A stretch of 64,000 nt of DNA from Treponemataceae bacterium (lineage in GTDB: Bacteria > Spirochaetota > Spirochaetia > Treponematales > Rectinemataceae): assembly GCA_963667725.2 (NCBI GenBank), contig CAXXHO010000006.1, forward strand, positions 1 through 64,000, written 5' to 3'. Under the pieces are notes generated by a model that did no database searches, was not told where the DNA came from, and saw only the letters and a program-made list of their open reading frames with translations. Below are positions 10,673 to 20,719 of this stretch, in pieces (position 1 is the stretch's first letter; each line of letters opens with the position of its first letter). A program made the position numbers and the translations under genes.

Positions 10673-11314
10673 CTAGAGCCTCAGGAGGCTGCCGGAGCCT
10701 CCGAAACCGTCGTCAATCTTGGCCGGCACGGCAGGGTCGGCGATCCATACTTTGCCGTCGATCACGAAATTGTACACATAGGCCTTGCCCCGCTTGAGCG
10801 GCACCTTGATCTCCCATGTGCCCGACTTGCCCACGCGGCGCAGCTGATAGCCCTCGCCCGACCAGCCGTTGAAGTCGCCCGCCAGCGAGACCGTCGATGC
10901 CTGGGGCGCCTGCAGCGCGAAACACACCGTCACCGTGCCGCTCCCCTGCCGGGCGAAATAGATGCCCAGGCTCAAGCCCAGGACGAAGATCGCCGCGGCG
11001 GCCGCCGCCAGGAGATGCGTGGATAGGGCGTGGACCCGCGCCGCGGGCGCGAAGAGCGAAAGCCTACGCCTCGGCGCCTCGAGCGAAGCCATGACCGCGT
11101 CGCCAAGACAGGGGTCGGCCCCCGGGCACTCGCTGGGCTCGAACCCCATCGCTTCGCGGCAATCGCGCTCCACAAAGGGCAGAAGAGCGCCAAAGCGCTC
11201 ATCGCAGTCGGCGCAGGAAGCGAGGTGGGCCGCCAATTCCTCCGGGCTTCGGGAGGGCGCCGCGCCGGCCTCCCATTCGTCGACCAGGGCGCGCGTATCG
11301 TTGCAGTTCATCAT
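10673..11314 (-). CDS. Zinc-finger anti-sigma factor with TM helix and C-terminal glycogen-binding (CBM48/AMPK-beta-like) domain
   Basis: HLASCADC (HxxxCxxC), TM segment, VSLAGDFNGW...YVYNFVIDGKVWIADP. Confidence 0.85.
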   Translation of the reverse strand: MMNCNDTRALVDEWEAGAAPSRSPEELAAHLASCADCDERFGALLPFVERDCREAMGFEPSECPGADPCLGDAVMASLEAPRRRLSLFAPAARVHALSTHLLAAAAAAIFVLGLSLGIYFARQGSGTVTVCFALQAPQASTVSLAGDFNGWSGEGYQLRRVGKSGTWEIKVPLKRGKAYVYNFVIDGKVWIADPAVPAKIDDGFGGSGSLLRL

Positions 11315-11892
11315 TTGTGTATACCTCGGGAACCCTCGCGGGGTTGCTTTCCTTCCAACGCGATCCGCAGCGCCTTGCGCGCGCGGAACAGCCGCGTCTT
11401 CACCGCTTCCTCGCCCAGGCCCAGGGCGCGGGCGACCTCGGCCACCGACAGCTCGCCGAAATAGTAGAGCTCAACCGGCAGGCGCTGGTCGCGAGGCAGG
11501 GCGGCCACCGCCCTCCTGAGCGCCTGCGCCCTGATGGCGTCGGCCGCCTCCTCGGCGGGATCGGCTGACGCCGCCGCCGCGGCCTCCGATCCCGCCGCTT
11601 CCACCTTGTGCCGGTCTGAGGCGAAGACGCGGAACCGCGTGCGGAGCTGATTGGCGGCGATGGCGAAAAGCCAGGCGGGGAAACTCTCGCCCCGGCGAAA
11701 CGTGCCGAGCGAACGGTAGGCGCGCACGAAGACTTCCTGCGCGGCATCGCGCGCCTCGTCCTCCGAGCGCAAGCGCGAGCCGCAGAAAGCGGCGATCCGC
11801 TGCCCGTAGCGGTCCACGAGCGAACGGAATGCGTCCCGGTCCCCCGAGAGCACCCGCGCCACCGCGTCGTCGTCAGCCTGATCGCCCTTCAT
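11311..11892 (-). CDS. ECF sigma-70 family RNA polymerase sigma factor
   Basis: GDRDAF, DAAQEVFVRAY, FPAWLFAIAAN, region 4 LSVAEVARALGLGEEAVKTRLFRAR. Confidence 0.93.
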   Translation of the reverse strand: MKGDQADDDAVARVLSGDRDAFRSLVDRYGQRIAAFCGSRLRSEDEARDAAQEVFVRAYRSLGTFRRGESFPAWLFAIAANQLRTRFRVFASDRHKVEAAGSEAAAAASADPAEEAADAIRAQALRRAVAALPRDQRLPVELYYFGELSVAEVARALGLGEEAVKTRLFRARKALRIALEGKQPREGSRGIHK

Positions 11893-11930
11893 TCCTGAAA
11901 TATATCAGGCGCCCGGCGCTTTGGCCACCC

Positions 11931-11958
11931 TGCAACCGATCGCCGGACCGCGGCGTAT
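11931..11958 (+). promoter_or_regulatory. Putative ECF-dependent promoter for the 12003 gene
   Basis: TGCAAC-N17-CGTAT, matched by AGCAAC-N17-GGTAT on the minus strand at 11348-11321. Confidence 0.55.
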
Positions 11959-12002
11959 CCCTGGGCGTAGCTTCCCGGAAAGGGGAGCAACGGAGGTACC
12001 AG

Positions 12003-12536
12003 ATGAACACAATCAAAAAATGGATCGTGACGCTCGCGGCGATCGCCCTGCTCTTCGGCGCGGCGCAGGCTGCCATGGCGCAAGCCCAGCAAACCGACGA
12101 GGATCTCAAGCAGACCCTCCAGGAGCTCGACGAGGCCGCCGAAGGCGATCCCGCGGCAGTCCTGGCGATGCTCGCCGAGGAGTTCGCCGTCGATCAGGCG
12201 GTGCTCCAGGCTTATTACGACGCGGGCGCCACGCCCGGAGAGCTCTGGCTGGCCCTCGAGATCTCGGCGAAAACCGCCATGCCCCTCGCCGACGCGGTCG
12301 CCCTCGCCGAAGGCACCGAAGGCCACGGCTGGGGTGTCCTCGCCCAGGTTCTCGGCGTGAAGCCCGGCTCCGACGAGTTCTTCGCCCTGAAAGGCAAGAT
12401 CCTGAACCGCGGCGGCAAGCTCGGCAAGGAAGTCCGCGAGGAAAGGGAAGAGCGCGAGCGCAAGGAAAAAGAAGAAAAGGAAGCCCGCGGCGGGAAGTCC
12501 GAGAACGATGGCGGCAAAGGCCAGGGCGGCAAATAA
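12003..12536 (+). CDS. Hypothetical exported protein (GHGWGVLAQVLGVKPGS motif, charged C-terminal tail)
   Basis: GGAGGT RBS before ATG 12003; signal peptide MNTIKKWIVTLAAIALLFGAAQAAMA. Confidence 0.8.
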   Translation: MNTIKKWIVTLAAIALLFGAAQAAMAQAQQTDEDLKQTLQELDEAAEGDPAAVLAMLAEEFAVDQAVLQAYYDAGATPGELWLALEISAKTAMPLADAVALAEGTEGHGWGVLAQVLGVKPGSDEFFALKGKILNRGGKLGKEVREEREERERKEKEEKEARGGKSENDGGKGQGGK

Positions 12537-12540
12537 TTAC

Positions 12541-12719
12541 GACAGGACGACAGGACTTTCCGACAGGATCACAGGACTTTCAGGACTGACAGGAAGGAGC
12601 TTTTGATTAAGAAAGAGAAGAGAAGAATAGCAAAAATAAAAAGGGCTAAGAGATGCGCCGAGCGTTCTCTTAACCCAAGGTTTTTTCCTGTGAATCCTGT
12701 CTAGTCCTGTCGTCCTGTC
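12541..12719 (+). repeat. GACAGGA/TCCTGTC palindromic element, copy 3
   Basis: Perfect 17-bp terminal IR GACAGGACGACAGGACT / AGTCCTGTCGTCCTGTC; extra left-arm units. Confidence 0.92.
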
Positions 12720-13994
12720 CTATCGCGCGTGCTTCCGGCGCTTCTCGTCCAGCATGAGGGCGTCGGCCTCGCGATAGAGGGCTTCCAGCGTGGCGTCCGG
12801 ACCGCCGCGCCGCGACACCCAGGCGAGCGAGAGGCCCAGGGCCGCGCGGCGCGGGGAATCGCGCCATGCCGCGGCGCGGCTGCGAAGTCTGGCCTCGGCG
12901 TCCGCGGCCCAGGCTGCGCCGCCCTTGGCGAGCACCACGAATTCGTCCCCGCCGTAACGGGCGATAAGGGGGCCATCGCCCAGCGCTTTTGTGAGGATGG
13001 AGGCGAACTCCCTGAGCGCCACATCGCCCTCCGGGTGGCCGAAGTCGTCGTTCACCTGTTTGAAATCATCCAAATCCATGGCAAAAAGCGAGAACTCCGT
13101 CTCTCTGGCGTCCTTGGCGGTTAGCGCCGCCTCCGCGTCGCGGTCGAAACCGGCGCGGTTGTAGAGCCCCGTCAGGGTATCACGGGTGGAACGCTCGTAG
13201 ATCTCGCGGAACATGTGCTCGTAGGGCCGGTCCAGCCCCTCCTCGATCACGATCGACCAGAAGAAGGCGAAAGAGACGAGGCTCAGCAGGTGGGCGAGCG
13301 TGTCGAACGTCCCATGGGGCTCGACCCTGAAGGCTAAAAGCAGCCCCGAGAGGCCTAAGGCGGCGACGCCTCCCATGCTCCTCGGGGACACTTTGTTCCC
13401 GACTTTGCCGGGGATGCGCTTCATCATCACCAGGCTGAACGCGGCGGCGGCGGCGATCGCGATTTCCGCCCAGCGCTTGAAAGGCGTGTAGCCAGAACCC
13501 TCGACCAGGCAGACCGGGAAGATCCCCGAGAGGATCGAGGCGCACAGGAAAGCGAATGCCGCGAAAAAGCCGATGTGCAGCTGCCAGCGCGAGGGCTTTC
13601 GCTTGAGGGTCAGGGGCACCGCGCAGATCGCCCCGATCTCCAGCGCGCGCGAGGCGATCCAGAACTGGACGGCGCGGTTGGCGGAGGCGCCCGGCAGCAG
13701 GCCAACGCCGTCGAAGTAGAAGAGGTGCAGCACTTCGAGGCTTCCCACGTAGAAGAAGGCAACGCTGATGTAGAGGAGCATGACGCTGTTCGAGAAGCGA
13801 TAGGTGCGGGTCCCGATGACGTAGATGGTGAGGGCCGCGATGAGGCACATGCCCTCCAGCGCCACATGGAACGCGGGGAATCCCCCCGCCTGGTAGGCGA
13901 GCGCGGAAATGGCGAGCAGCATGCCCAGCTTGCCGAGTTTTCGTAGGTCCACGAGGCAAGGATACAACGATTCGCGCGCGGCAACAATCATCAT
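12720..13994 (-). CDS. Diguanylate cyclase with N-terminal MASE3-like membrane domain
   Basis: Multiple TM helices, FWIASRALE, then DTLTGLYNR, DLDDFKQVNDDFGHPEGD, RYGGDEF; exact start uncertain. Confidence 0.88.
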   Translation of the reverse strand: MMIVAARESLYPCLVDLRKLGKLGMLLAISALAYQAGGFPAFHVALEGMCLIAALTIYVIGTRTYRFSNSVMLLYISVAFFYVGSLEVLHLFYFDGVGLLPGASANRAVQFWIASRALEIGAICAVPLTLKRKPSRWQLHIGFFAAFAFLCASILSGIFPVCLVEGSGYTPFKRWAEIAIAAAAAFSLVMMKRIPGKVGNKVSPRSMGGVAALGLSGLLLAFRVEPHGTFDTLAHLLSLVSFAFFWSIVIEEGLDRPYEHMFREIYERSTRDTLTGLYNRAGFDRDAEAALTAKDARETEFSLFAMDLDDFKQVNDDFGHPEGDVALREFASILTKALGDGPLIARYGGDEFVVLAKGGAAWAADAEARLRSRAAAWRDSPRRAALGLSLAWVSRRGGPDATLEALYREADALMLDEKRRKHAR

Positions 13995-14005
13995 TGCCAA
14001 AAGAG

Positions 14006-14173
14006 GACAGGATGACAGGACTCCGCGACAGGATCCCAGGAACCGCAGGACTGACAGGAAGGAGCTTTTGGTTAGGAAAGAGAAGAAAAGATAAAAAGGT
14101 TAGGAGAAGAGCCGAGCGTTCTCTTAACCCAAAACCATTTCCTGTAAATCCTGTTCTGTCCTGTCGTCCTGTC
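14006..14173 (+). repeat. GACAGGA/TCCTGTC palindromic element, copy 4
   Basis: GACAGGATGACAGGAC...GCTTTTGGTTAGGAAAGAGAA...GCGTTCTCTTAACCCAAAA...GTCCTGTCGTCCTGTC. Confidence 0.92.
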
Positions 14174-14212
14174 ATATGGAAAAGGCGCCTCGTTCGGGCT
14201 ACCATCGTCACC

Positions 14213-17200
14213 ATGACGACCATGCGCGGACTTCACCCACCCCTTTCGCGGCTAAAGTCCGCCGCATGCGCGCTGGCCCTCCTGGCGCTGGCCATCGCGC
14301 CAGCCTGGGCAGCCGACCCCGCGGCCATAGCCTGGCGCGCCCTCGGCCGGGACCAGGGTTTCGCGGGCGGCGCCGTCCATTCGATCGCCCAGGACTCAAG
14401 GGGCCTGATCTGGATCGGCGCCGGCGACGGCCTCTACCGTTACGACGGCCAGGGCTTCGCCTCGTTCAGGCCCGAAACCTGGGGAGGGGTGCTCGGCATA
14501 CCCTCGATCAATAAAATCCTGGCCGACGGCCGAAACGGAATCTGGATCGCCGCCTCCGACGGTGTGCTGCGGTACGACACGCTCTCAGGCGAGTTCCGGC
14601 GTGCCCAGCTGGCTGACCCGCCCAGCGAGCGCTCCCTGCGGATCGCGGCTCTGGCCGTCGACCTGCGGGGCAGGGTGTTCGCGGGGGCGAATGACGGCAC
14701 GGTCTGGGCGATCGATTCCGAAACCCTGGAGGGCGGGGTGTTCGCGGGGGCGAATGAAACGGGAGCAGCGGTGACGTGCATTGTCGCCGACGCCAGGGAA
14801 CGCGTCTGGGTCGGCACCGATGGGGCAGGCGTCGGGCTCTTCGACGGCGGGGGAGGCCTCCTCGCGCGCTACGCGAAAGGCGCGGGCGGCCCGGCCTCCG
14901 ATCGCGTCAGCGTCATAATGGAAGATTCGCTCGGCTTTTTATGGGTGGGTTACGCGGACGGCGGCGTCGACCTTTTCGAAAGCGGGAAATTCAGGCATGC
15001 CCGCCTGGCGGCGGGCGCGGCCATAGCCGTTTCCGCCATCGCCGAGGACCAGCAGGGCCAAATCTGGGTGGGCCTGCGCGAGGGCGGGGTGGGCATCCTC
15101 GATCCCTCGAGCATGGAGCTTGCGGCTTACCCCTTCGGCCAGGGGCGCGAAGTCTCGGCCATGCTGCGCGACCGCCGCGGACTGCTCTGGGCGGGCATGC
15201 GGTCGGGCGGCCTCGTCACCGGCGATTTCCGCTCGGCCAACTTTCAGCGCTTTTCGGCGGTCGCGGGCGGCGGAACGATCGGCGCGGTTACCGCTATGGC
15301 CAAGACCCCCTTGGGGCGGCTTTTGGCGGCGGGTACCAATTCCGGGCTCGTTGCGTTCGATGCGGTGGCCGGCGCGTTCGCGCCGGCCACGCCGCTGCCG
15401 CCGGCCGCCCGCGGAAAGGCGCAGGCAATCCTGGCCCTCGCCGACGGCTCGCTCTGGCTGGGCATGGGCGGGGAAGGCTTAATCGGGCGCAGACCGGACG
15501 GCCGCATCGTCAGGATCGCTTCCCCCTACGTCCTGAGCCTCCTCGACGCCGAAAACGGCAAAATCTGGGTGGGCACGGAAGGCGGCGGCCTCGACCTCGT
15601 CGATCCGCGCACGGGCAAAGCCGAGCACTGGGGCTACGCGGCGGGGCAGGGGCTGCAGGCTTCGCAAGCATCGCAAACGCTTCCGCAACCACTCCCTCCG
15701 CGCCTGCCCGCCTCCACGATTTCCTGCCTCTACCGCGACTCGTCGGGCAGAACCTGGGCGGGCACGGCCGACGCCGGCCTCTTTGTCCGCGAACCCGGCG
15801 GAGCGCGCTTCAGACCCTTCGGCAGGGGCGGCCGCAGCCGTGAAGGCCTGGGCAGCCTGCGCGTCAACGCCGTCCTGGAAGACTCGCGCGGCCGGCTCTG
15901 GGTCGGCATGGGCGGCGGCGGCCTCGCCGCCATCGACCCCAAAACCGAAACCATAGGCGCGCGCGCCGCCGCCTCGGGCCTGGACGACGAAACCATCTAC
16001 GGCCTAGCCGAGGATGGCCAGGGCATTCTCTGGGTGGCCGGTTCCCGCGGCTTCTACGCCTACGACCCCCAGCGCGGCGACCTCTTCCGCTTCGGCCCCG
16101 AGGACGGGCTCGCCCCCGGCGGCTATAGCGCAGGCATGGTCCTGGCGGACTCTGACGGCCATATCTGGCTGGGAGGCGAGGGCGGCATCACCCGCTTCGA
16201 CCCCGCCAAAGTCTCGCGCTACGGCCTTCCTCCCGACGTCATCATCGCCGACGTCGAGACTACCGGCGGCTCGGGCGCGGCCAGGCGCTCCCCCGAGCGC
16301 GACGAGATCAGCCTCGGCTACGGCAACGCCGGCCTGCGCTTCACCATCGCCGCCATCGACTTCTCCTCCTCGGGCAGGAACCGTTACGCCATGATGCTCG
16401 AAGGCCGGCAATCGGCCTGGTCCGACATGGGCTCGATGAACTCGGGCTACATCGCGCCCCTCGCACCCGGGCGCTACATGCTCCGCGTGCGCGCCGCCAA
16501 CGGCAACGGCGTCTGGAACCGCTACGGCGCCTCACTTGCCATCGTCGTCAGCCCGCCCTGGTGGGGCGCCTGGTGGTTCCGCGCCGCCTCCGCCGCCGGC
16601 CTCGCCCTCCTCGTGGTGGCGGGCGTCATGGCGGCCCTGCGAAGCCTCAAACGCCGCAACGAACTCCTCGCGCGCTTCGCCCGCCACATCGAGGACGCCA
16701 GGGAGGAGGAGCGCACCATCGCCGCCAGGGACGTCCACGACGAGATCGGCCAGCACCTTATGGTCCTCAATTTCCACGCCTATTGGCTCGCCCGGCACCC
16801 CGAGGCCGAGGCCTCCGAGCGCCTGCCCGTGGTGGCCCAGCTGCAGAAAGGCATCCTGGACGCCATGGCCGCGGTCAAGGTCGTGGCCACCCGCCTGCGC
16901 CCCGTCGGCCTGGACACGCTGGACTTCCCCGACGTCCTGAAGTATTACGTGAGGAGCTTCGACCGCATGAGCGGCATCAGGACGAGCTTGGACATCGGTC
17001 CCGGCTGGAAGGACATGCCGGCGGACACCGCCAAGGCCTTTTTCCGCCTCCTTCAGGAGATGCTCAGCAACGTGGCCAGGCACGCCAAGGCAAAGACCGC
17101 CGCCGTGCGCTTCCGCCTCGAAGGAGAAACATACCTCCTCGAAGTCCAGGACGACGGCGTCGGCATCGGGGCGGCCAAGATCGCGGCGCGCGACTCGTTC

Positions 17201-17335
17201 GGCATCATCGGCATGCGGGAGGCCTGCGCCGCCCGAAAAGGCGCCTTGAGCTTCGCGTCGCCGCCGGGCGGCGGCTGTACGGTAACCGCGCGCTTTCCCG
17301 GGGCCGGACCCCGCCATACCTCGGAGGAACCATGA
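14213..17335 (+). CDS. Sensor histidine kinase with periplasmic beta-propeller repeats, Y_Y_Y domain and HisKA_3/HATPase
   Basis: Repeated D-x-x-G-x-LWVG motifs, LAPGRYMLRVRAANGNGVW, PPWW-TM, EEERTIAARDVHDEIGQ, VQDDGVG; start at the ATG 7 nt after TACCAT. Confidence 0.9.
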   Translation: MTTMRGLHPPLSRLKSAACALALLALAIAPAWAADPAAIAWRALGRDQGFAGGAVHSIAQDSRGLIWIGAGDGLYRYDGQGFASFRPETWGGVLGIPSINKILADGRNGIWIAASDGVLRYDTLSGEFRRAQLADPPSERSLRIAALAVDLRGRVFAGANDGTVWAIDSETLEGGVFAGANETGAAVTCIVADARERVWVGTDGAGVGLFDGGGGLLARYAKGAGGPASDRVSVIMEDSLGFLWVGYADGGVDLFESGKFRHARLAAGAAIAVSAIAEDQQGQIWVGLREGGVGILDPSSMELAAYPFGQGREVSAMLRDRRGLLWAGMRSGGLVTGDFRSANFQRFSAVAGGGTIGAVTAMAKTPLGRLLAAGTNSGLVAFDAVAGAFAPATPLPPAARGKAQAILALADGSLWLGMGGEGLIGRRPDGRIVRIASPYVLSLLDAENGKIWVGTEGGGLDLVDPRTGKAEHWGYAAGQGLQASQASQTLPQPLPPRLPASTISCLYRDSSGRTWAGTADAGLFVREPGGARFRPFGRGGRSREGLGSLRVNAVLEDSRGRLWVGMGGGGLAAIDPKTETIGARAAASGLDDETIYGLAEDGQGILWVAGSRGFYAYDPQRGDLFRFGPEDGLAPGGYSAGMVLADSDGHIWLGGEGGITRFDPAKVSRYGLPPDVIIADVETTGGSGAARRSPERDEISLGYGNAGLRFTIAAIDFSSSGRNRYAMMLEGRQSAWSDMGSMNSGYIAPLAPGRYMLRVRAANGNGVWNRYGASLAIVVSPPWWGAWWFRAASAAGLALLVVAGVMAALRSLKRRNELLARFARHIEDAREEERTIAARDVHDEIGQHLMVLNFHAYWLARHPEAEASERLPVVAQLQKGILDAMAAVKVVATRLRPVGLDTLDFPDVLKYYVRSFDRMSGIRTSLDIGPGWKDMPADTAKAFFRLLQEMLSNVARHAKAKTAAVRFRLEGETYLLEVQDDGVGIGAAKIAARDSFGIIGMREACAARKGALSFASPPGGGCTVTARFPGAGPRHTSEEP

Positions 17336-17970
17336 AACGCATCCTCGTGGCCGACGACCACTTCCTCGTGCGCAAAGGCCTGCGCCAGCTCCTTGAATCC
17401 ACCCTGCCCGACTGCGCCGTTGACGAGGCCGAGGACGGCCACGCCGTCCTCGGCCTGGCGCGCGCCGCCGGCTACGACCTCGTCATCCTGGACTTCTCCA
17501 TGCCCGGCATGGACGGCCTGGACCTCATCCGCGACCTCAAGGACCTCGACCCCGCCACCCACATCCTCGTCCTGACCATCCTGCCCGAGGAGCAGTACGC
17601 CCTGCGCGCCTTCAGGCTCGGCGCCTCTGGCTGCGCCAACAAGGCCATCGACCCCGGCGAGCTGGTCGAGGCCGTAAAAACCGTGCTGGCGGGCAGGCGC
17701 TACCTCAGCCCCAAGGCCGGCGAACTCCTCCTGGACGAACTCTCCGGCGGCGAGGACAGCCCCCACCTCCGCCTCTCCGACCGCGAATTCCAGATCCTCA
17801 AGTTCCTCGCCGGCGGCAGGAGCGTGGGCGAGATCGCCGCCGCCCTCAACCTCTCGGTCAAGACGGTCAGCACCTACCGCACGCGGCTCATGGAGAAAAT
17901 GCGCTTTGAGAACAACAGCCAGCTGATGCGCTACGCCCACCTCCACGGCTTGGCCGACTTCGGCGCCTGA
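17332..17970 (+). CDS. NarL/UvrY-type response regulator (REC + LuxR HTH)
   Basis: ILVADDH, LDFSMPGMDG, LSDREFQIL, LSVKTVSTYRTRLMEK; GGAGG RBS and ATGA overlap. Confidence 0.94.
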   Translation: MKRILVADDHFLVRKGLRQLLESTLPDCAVDEAEDGHAVLGLARAAGYDLVILDFSMPGMDGLDLIRDLKDLDPATHILVLTILPEEQYALRAFRLGASGCANKAIDPGELVEAVKTVLAGRRYLSPKAGELLLDELSGGEDSPHLRLSDREFQILKFLAGGRSVGEIAAALNLSVKTVSTYRTRLMEKMRFENNSQLMRYAHLHGLADFGA

Positions 17971-17992
17971 ACCCCCGCGGCGGTCGCGCCGC

Positions 17993-18011
17993 CGTAGGAC
18001 GCCGTCCTACG
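17993..18011. promoter_or_regulatory. Palindrome, candidate response-regulator binding site upstream of the ABC operon
   Basis: CGTAGGAC-GCC-GTCCTACG perfect 8-bp IR plus an extra TCCTAC half-site at 18028-18033. Confidence 0.45.
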
Positions 18012-18122
18012 CGAAGTTCCGCCGGGCTCCTACATACCGCGCCCAAAGGCGACCCTAGAATAGCGCTAAGGGCCCGCGGAGGCCCAATGCCCCATACCCA
18101 GGCATTTCCAGGAGGAACCATC

Positions 18123-19718
18123 ATGACGAAAGGAACCGTCGCCCGACGCCGCGCAACCCGCGCGCTCGCCGTCGCCGCCATCTTCGCGGCGCTCTTCGGC
18201 GCCTACGCGCAGACCACCCTCAAGATAGGCGTCTCCACCGAGCCCGCCTCCATCGACCCCCAGTACTCCACCACGGGCGCCACCCAGCTCGCCTCCCAGC
18301 AAATCTTCGAGACCATCGTCGGCAGGGACAAGAACCTGCGCATGATCCCCAACCTCGCCCTCTCCTGGAAGGAAGTCGACTCCCTCACCTGGGAGCTCAA
18401 GCTCAGGCCCGGCGTCAAGTTCCACGACGGCAAGCCCTTCGGCGCCGACGACATCGTCTTCAGCCTCAAGCGCATTCCCCGCGTGCCCGACTCCCCCTCC
18501 AGCTACAAGCGCAACGTGGCCGCCATCAAGGACGCCGTGGCCGTGGACAACCTCACCGTCAGGCTCCTCCTCAAGACGCCATCGCCCCAGCTGCCCATCG
18601 ACCTCACCTTCGTGTACGTCCTGCCCTCGACCACCCCGGCCGACGCCACCCAGGACGATTTCAACAAAGGCAAGTACGTCAACGGCACCGGCCCCTTCAA
18701 GTTCGTCGAATGGATCCGCGGCGACCGCCTCGTCCTGGACAGGAACCCGGCCTACTGGGGCGTCAAATCCTCCTACGACCGCGTCATCTTCAGGCCCATC
18801 ACCAACGACCCCTCCCGCGTGGCAGCCCTCCTGGCCGGCGACGTGGACATGATCGACCAAGTCTCCCCCGTGGACCAGGACAGGCTCCGCAAGGACAGCC
18901 GCGTCACCCTCCTGTCCAAGCCCGCCGCCACCATGATGTACATCCACATGGACTCCAACCGCGACAAGTCGCCCTTCGTGGCCGGCAAGGACGGCAAGCC
19001 CCTGGACAAGAACCCCCTCAAGGACCCCAAGGTCCGCGAAGCCCTCTCCCTGGCCATCAACCGCCAGGCCCTGGTCGAGCGCGTCCTATCCGGCGCGGCC
19101 GAGCCCGCCGGCCAGTTCGTCCCGGAAGGCATGGTCGGCTACGCCCCCGACCTCCTGCCCGAACCTTACGACGTCGAGAAAGCCAAGCGCCTCCTCGCCG
19201 AGGCGGGCTACCCCAACGGCTTCTCCCTCACCCTGCACGCGCCCAACGACCGCTACCTCAACGACGAGCAGGTCGCCCAGACCATCGGCCAGTTCTTCGC
19301 CCGCATCGGGCTGGACATCAAAGTCCAGGCGCTGCCCTACTCGGTCTTCAGCACGGCGGCCACCAAGCTCGAGTACAGCATCTTCCTGATGGGCTTCGGC
19401 AACACCACCGGCGACTCCGCCCGCGGCATGACCGCCGTTCTGGCCACCTACAACACCGCCGCGGGCCTGGGCGCCAACAACCGCGGCCGCTATTCCAACC
19501 CCGAGTTCGACAAGCTCATCGTGGCGGCGGCCGCGGCCTCAGACGACGACAAGCGCGAAGCCTTCCTCCAGGAAGCGGCCCGCATCGCCTTCGCCAAAGA
19601 TCACGCCATCATCCCGCTCTACTACCAGACCACCACCTGGGCGCTCAAGAAAGGACTCACCTACGAGGCGCGCATGGATGAATTCACCCTGGCCAACCAT
19701 GTCAGGCCGGTAAAGTAA
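18123..19718 (+). CDS. ABC transporter substrate-binding protein, family 5
   Basis: Signal peptide, LRPGVKFHDG, NGTGPFKF, RVAALLAGDVD, VREALSLAINR; GGAGG RBS. Confidence 0.94.
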   Translation: MTKGTVARRRATRALAVAAIFAALFGAYAQTTLKIGVSTEPASIDPQYSTTGATQLASQQIFETIVGRDKNLRMIPNLALSWKEVDSLTWELKLRPGVKFHDGKPFGADDIVFSLKRIPRVPDSPSSYKRNVAAIKDAVAVDNLTVRLLLKTPSPQLPIDLTFVYVLPSTTPADATQDDFNKGKYVNGTGPFKFVEWIRGDRLVLDRNPAYWGVKSSYDRVIFRPITNDPSRVAALLAGDVDMIDQVSPVDQDRLRKDSRVTLLSKPAATMMYIHMDSNRDKSPFVAGKDGKPLDKNPLKDPKVREALSLAINRQALVERVLSGAAEPAGQFVPEGMVGYAPDLLPEPYDVEKAKRLLAEAGYPNGFSLTLHAPNDRYLNDEQVAQTIGQFFARIGLDIKVQALPYSVFSTAATKLEYSIFLMGFGNTTGDSARGMTAVLATYNTAAGLGANNRGRYSNPEFDKLIVAAAAASDDDKREAFLQEAARIAFAKDHAIIPLYYQTTTWALKKGLTYEARMDEFTLANHVRPVK

Positions 19719-19744
19719 GCGGGCAAGGGAGCGGAGGATACACC

Positions 19745-20719
19745 GTGGTCGTCTTTATCGTTCGGCGCCTCTTCCAGAGCGTCATCCTCATCCTCGCGAT
19801 GTCGCTCCTGGTGTTCATGGGCGTCTACGCCATCGGCAACCCCGCCGACGTGCTCATATCCCCGGACGCCACCGAGGCCGAGCGCGCGGACATCGTCCGC
19901 CACTTCGGCCTCGACAAGCCCCTCTACGCCCAGTACGGCCTCTTCCTCGCCAACGCCGCCAAAGGCGACCTCGGGCGGTCGTTCAAGTACAACGAGCCGG
20001 CGCTCGGCCTCATCGCCGAGCGCGTGCCCGCCACCCTGGAGATCGCCTTCGCCGCCCTCTTCCTCACCATCCTCGTGGGCATCCCCCTGGGCCTCCTTTG
20101 CGGGCTCAAACCCGACGCCCCCTGGAGCAAAATGATCATGGGCTTCTCCGCCTTCGGATTCTCCGTCCCCTCCTTCTGGCTGGGCCTGATGATGGTCATG
20201 GTGTTTTCAGTCTTTCTGGGATGGCTCCCCGCCTCCGGCAGAGGCCAGACAAAGGACCTCTTCGGCATCCCCTTCAGCTTCCTCACCCTGGACGGCCTCA
20301 GGCACATGCTGCTGCCGGCGTTCAACCTGGCCTGCTTCAAGCTCTCGCTCGTGATTCGTCTCACGCGGGCGGGCACTCAAGAAGTCGTCCGCAGCGACTA
20401 CATCAAGTACGCCAAGGCCAAAGGCCTGCGGCCCGCCCGCGTCATCTTCGTGCACGTGCTGAAAAACACGCTCCTCCCCATCGTCACCGTCCTCGGCCTC
20501 GAATTCGGCAGAACCATCGCCTTCGCCACCGTCACCGAAACCGTCTTCGCCTGGCCCGGCATGGGCAAGCTCCTGATCGACAGCATTGGCGTCCTGGACC
20601 GCCCCGTCATCGTCGCCTACCTCATGATGATCGTCGTCATGTTCATCGCCATCAACCTGATCGTCGACCTGGTCTACACTGCCCTGGACCCCCGGGTTCG
20701 CCTGGAGGAACGCCGATGA
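19745..20719 (+). CDS. Peptide ABC transporter permease (DppB family)
   Basis: GDLGRSF, DYIKYAKAKG, HVLKN, FAWPGMG, LDPRVR. Confidence 0.94.
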   Translation: MVVFIVRRLFQSVILILAMSLLVFMGVYAIGNPADVLISPDATEAERADIVRHFGLDKPLYAQYGLFLANAAKGDLGRSFKYNEPALGLIAERVPATLEIAFAALFLTILVGIPLGLLCGLKPDAPWSKMIMGFSAFGFSVPSFWLGLMMVMVFSVFLGWLPASGRGQTKDLFGIPFSFLTLDGLRHMLLPAFNLACFKLSLVIRLTRAGTQEVVRSDYIKYAKAKGLRPARVIFVHVLKNTLLPIVTVLGLEFGRTIAFATVTETVFAWPGMGKLLIDSIGVLDRPVIVAYLMMIVVMFIAINLIVDLVYTALDPRVRLEERR

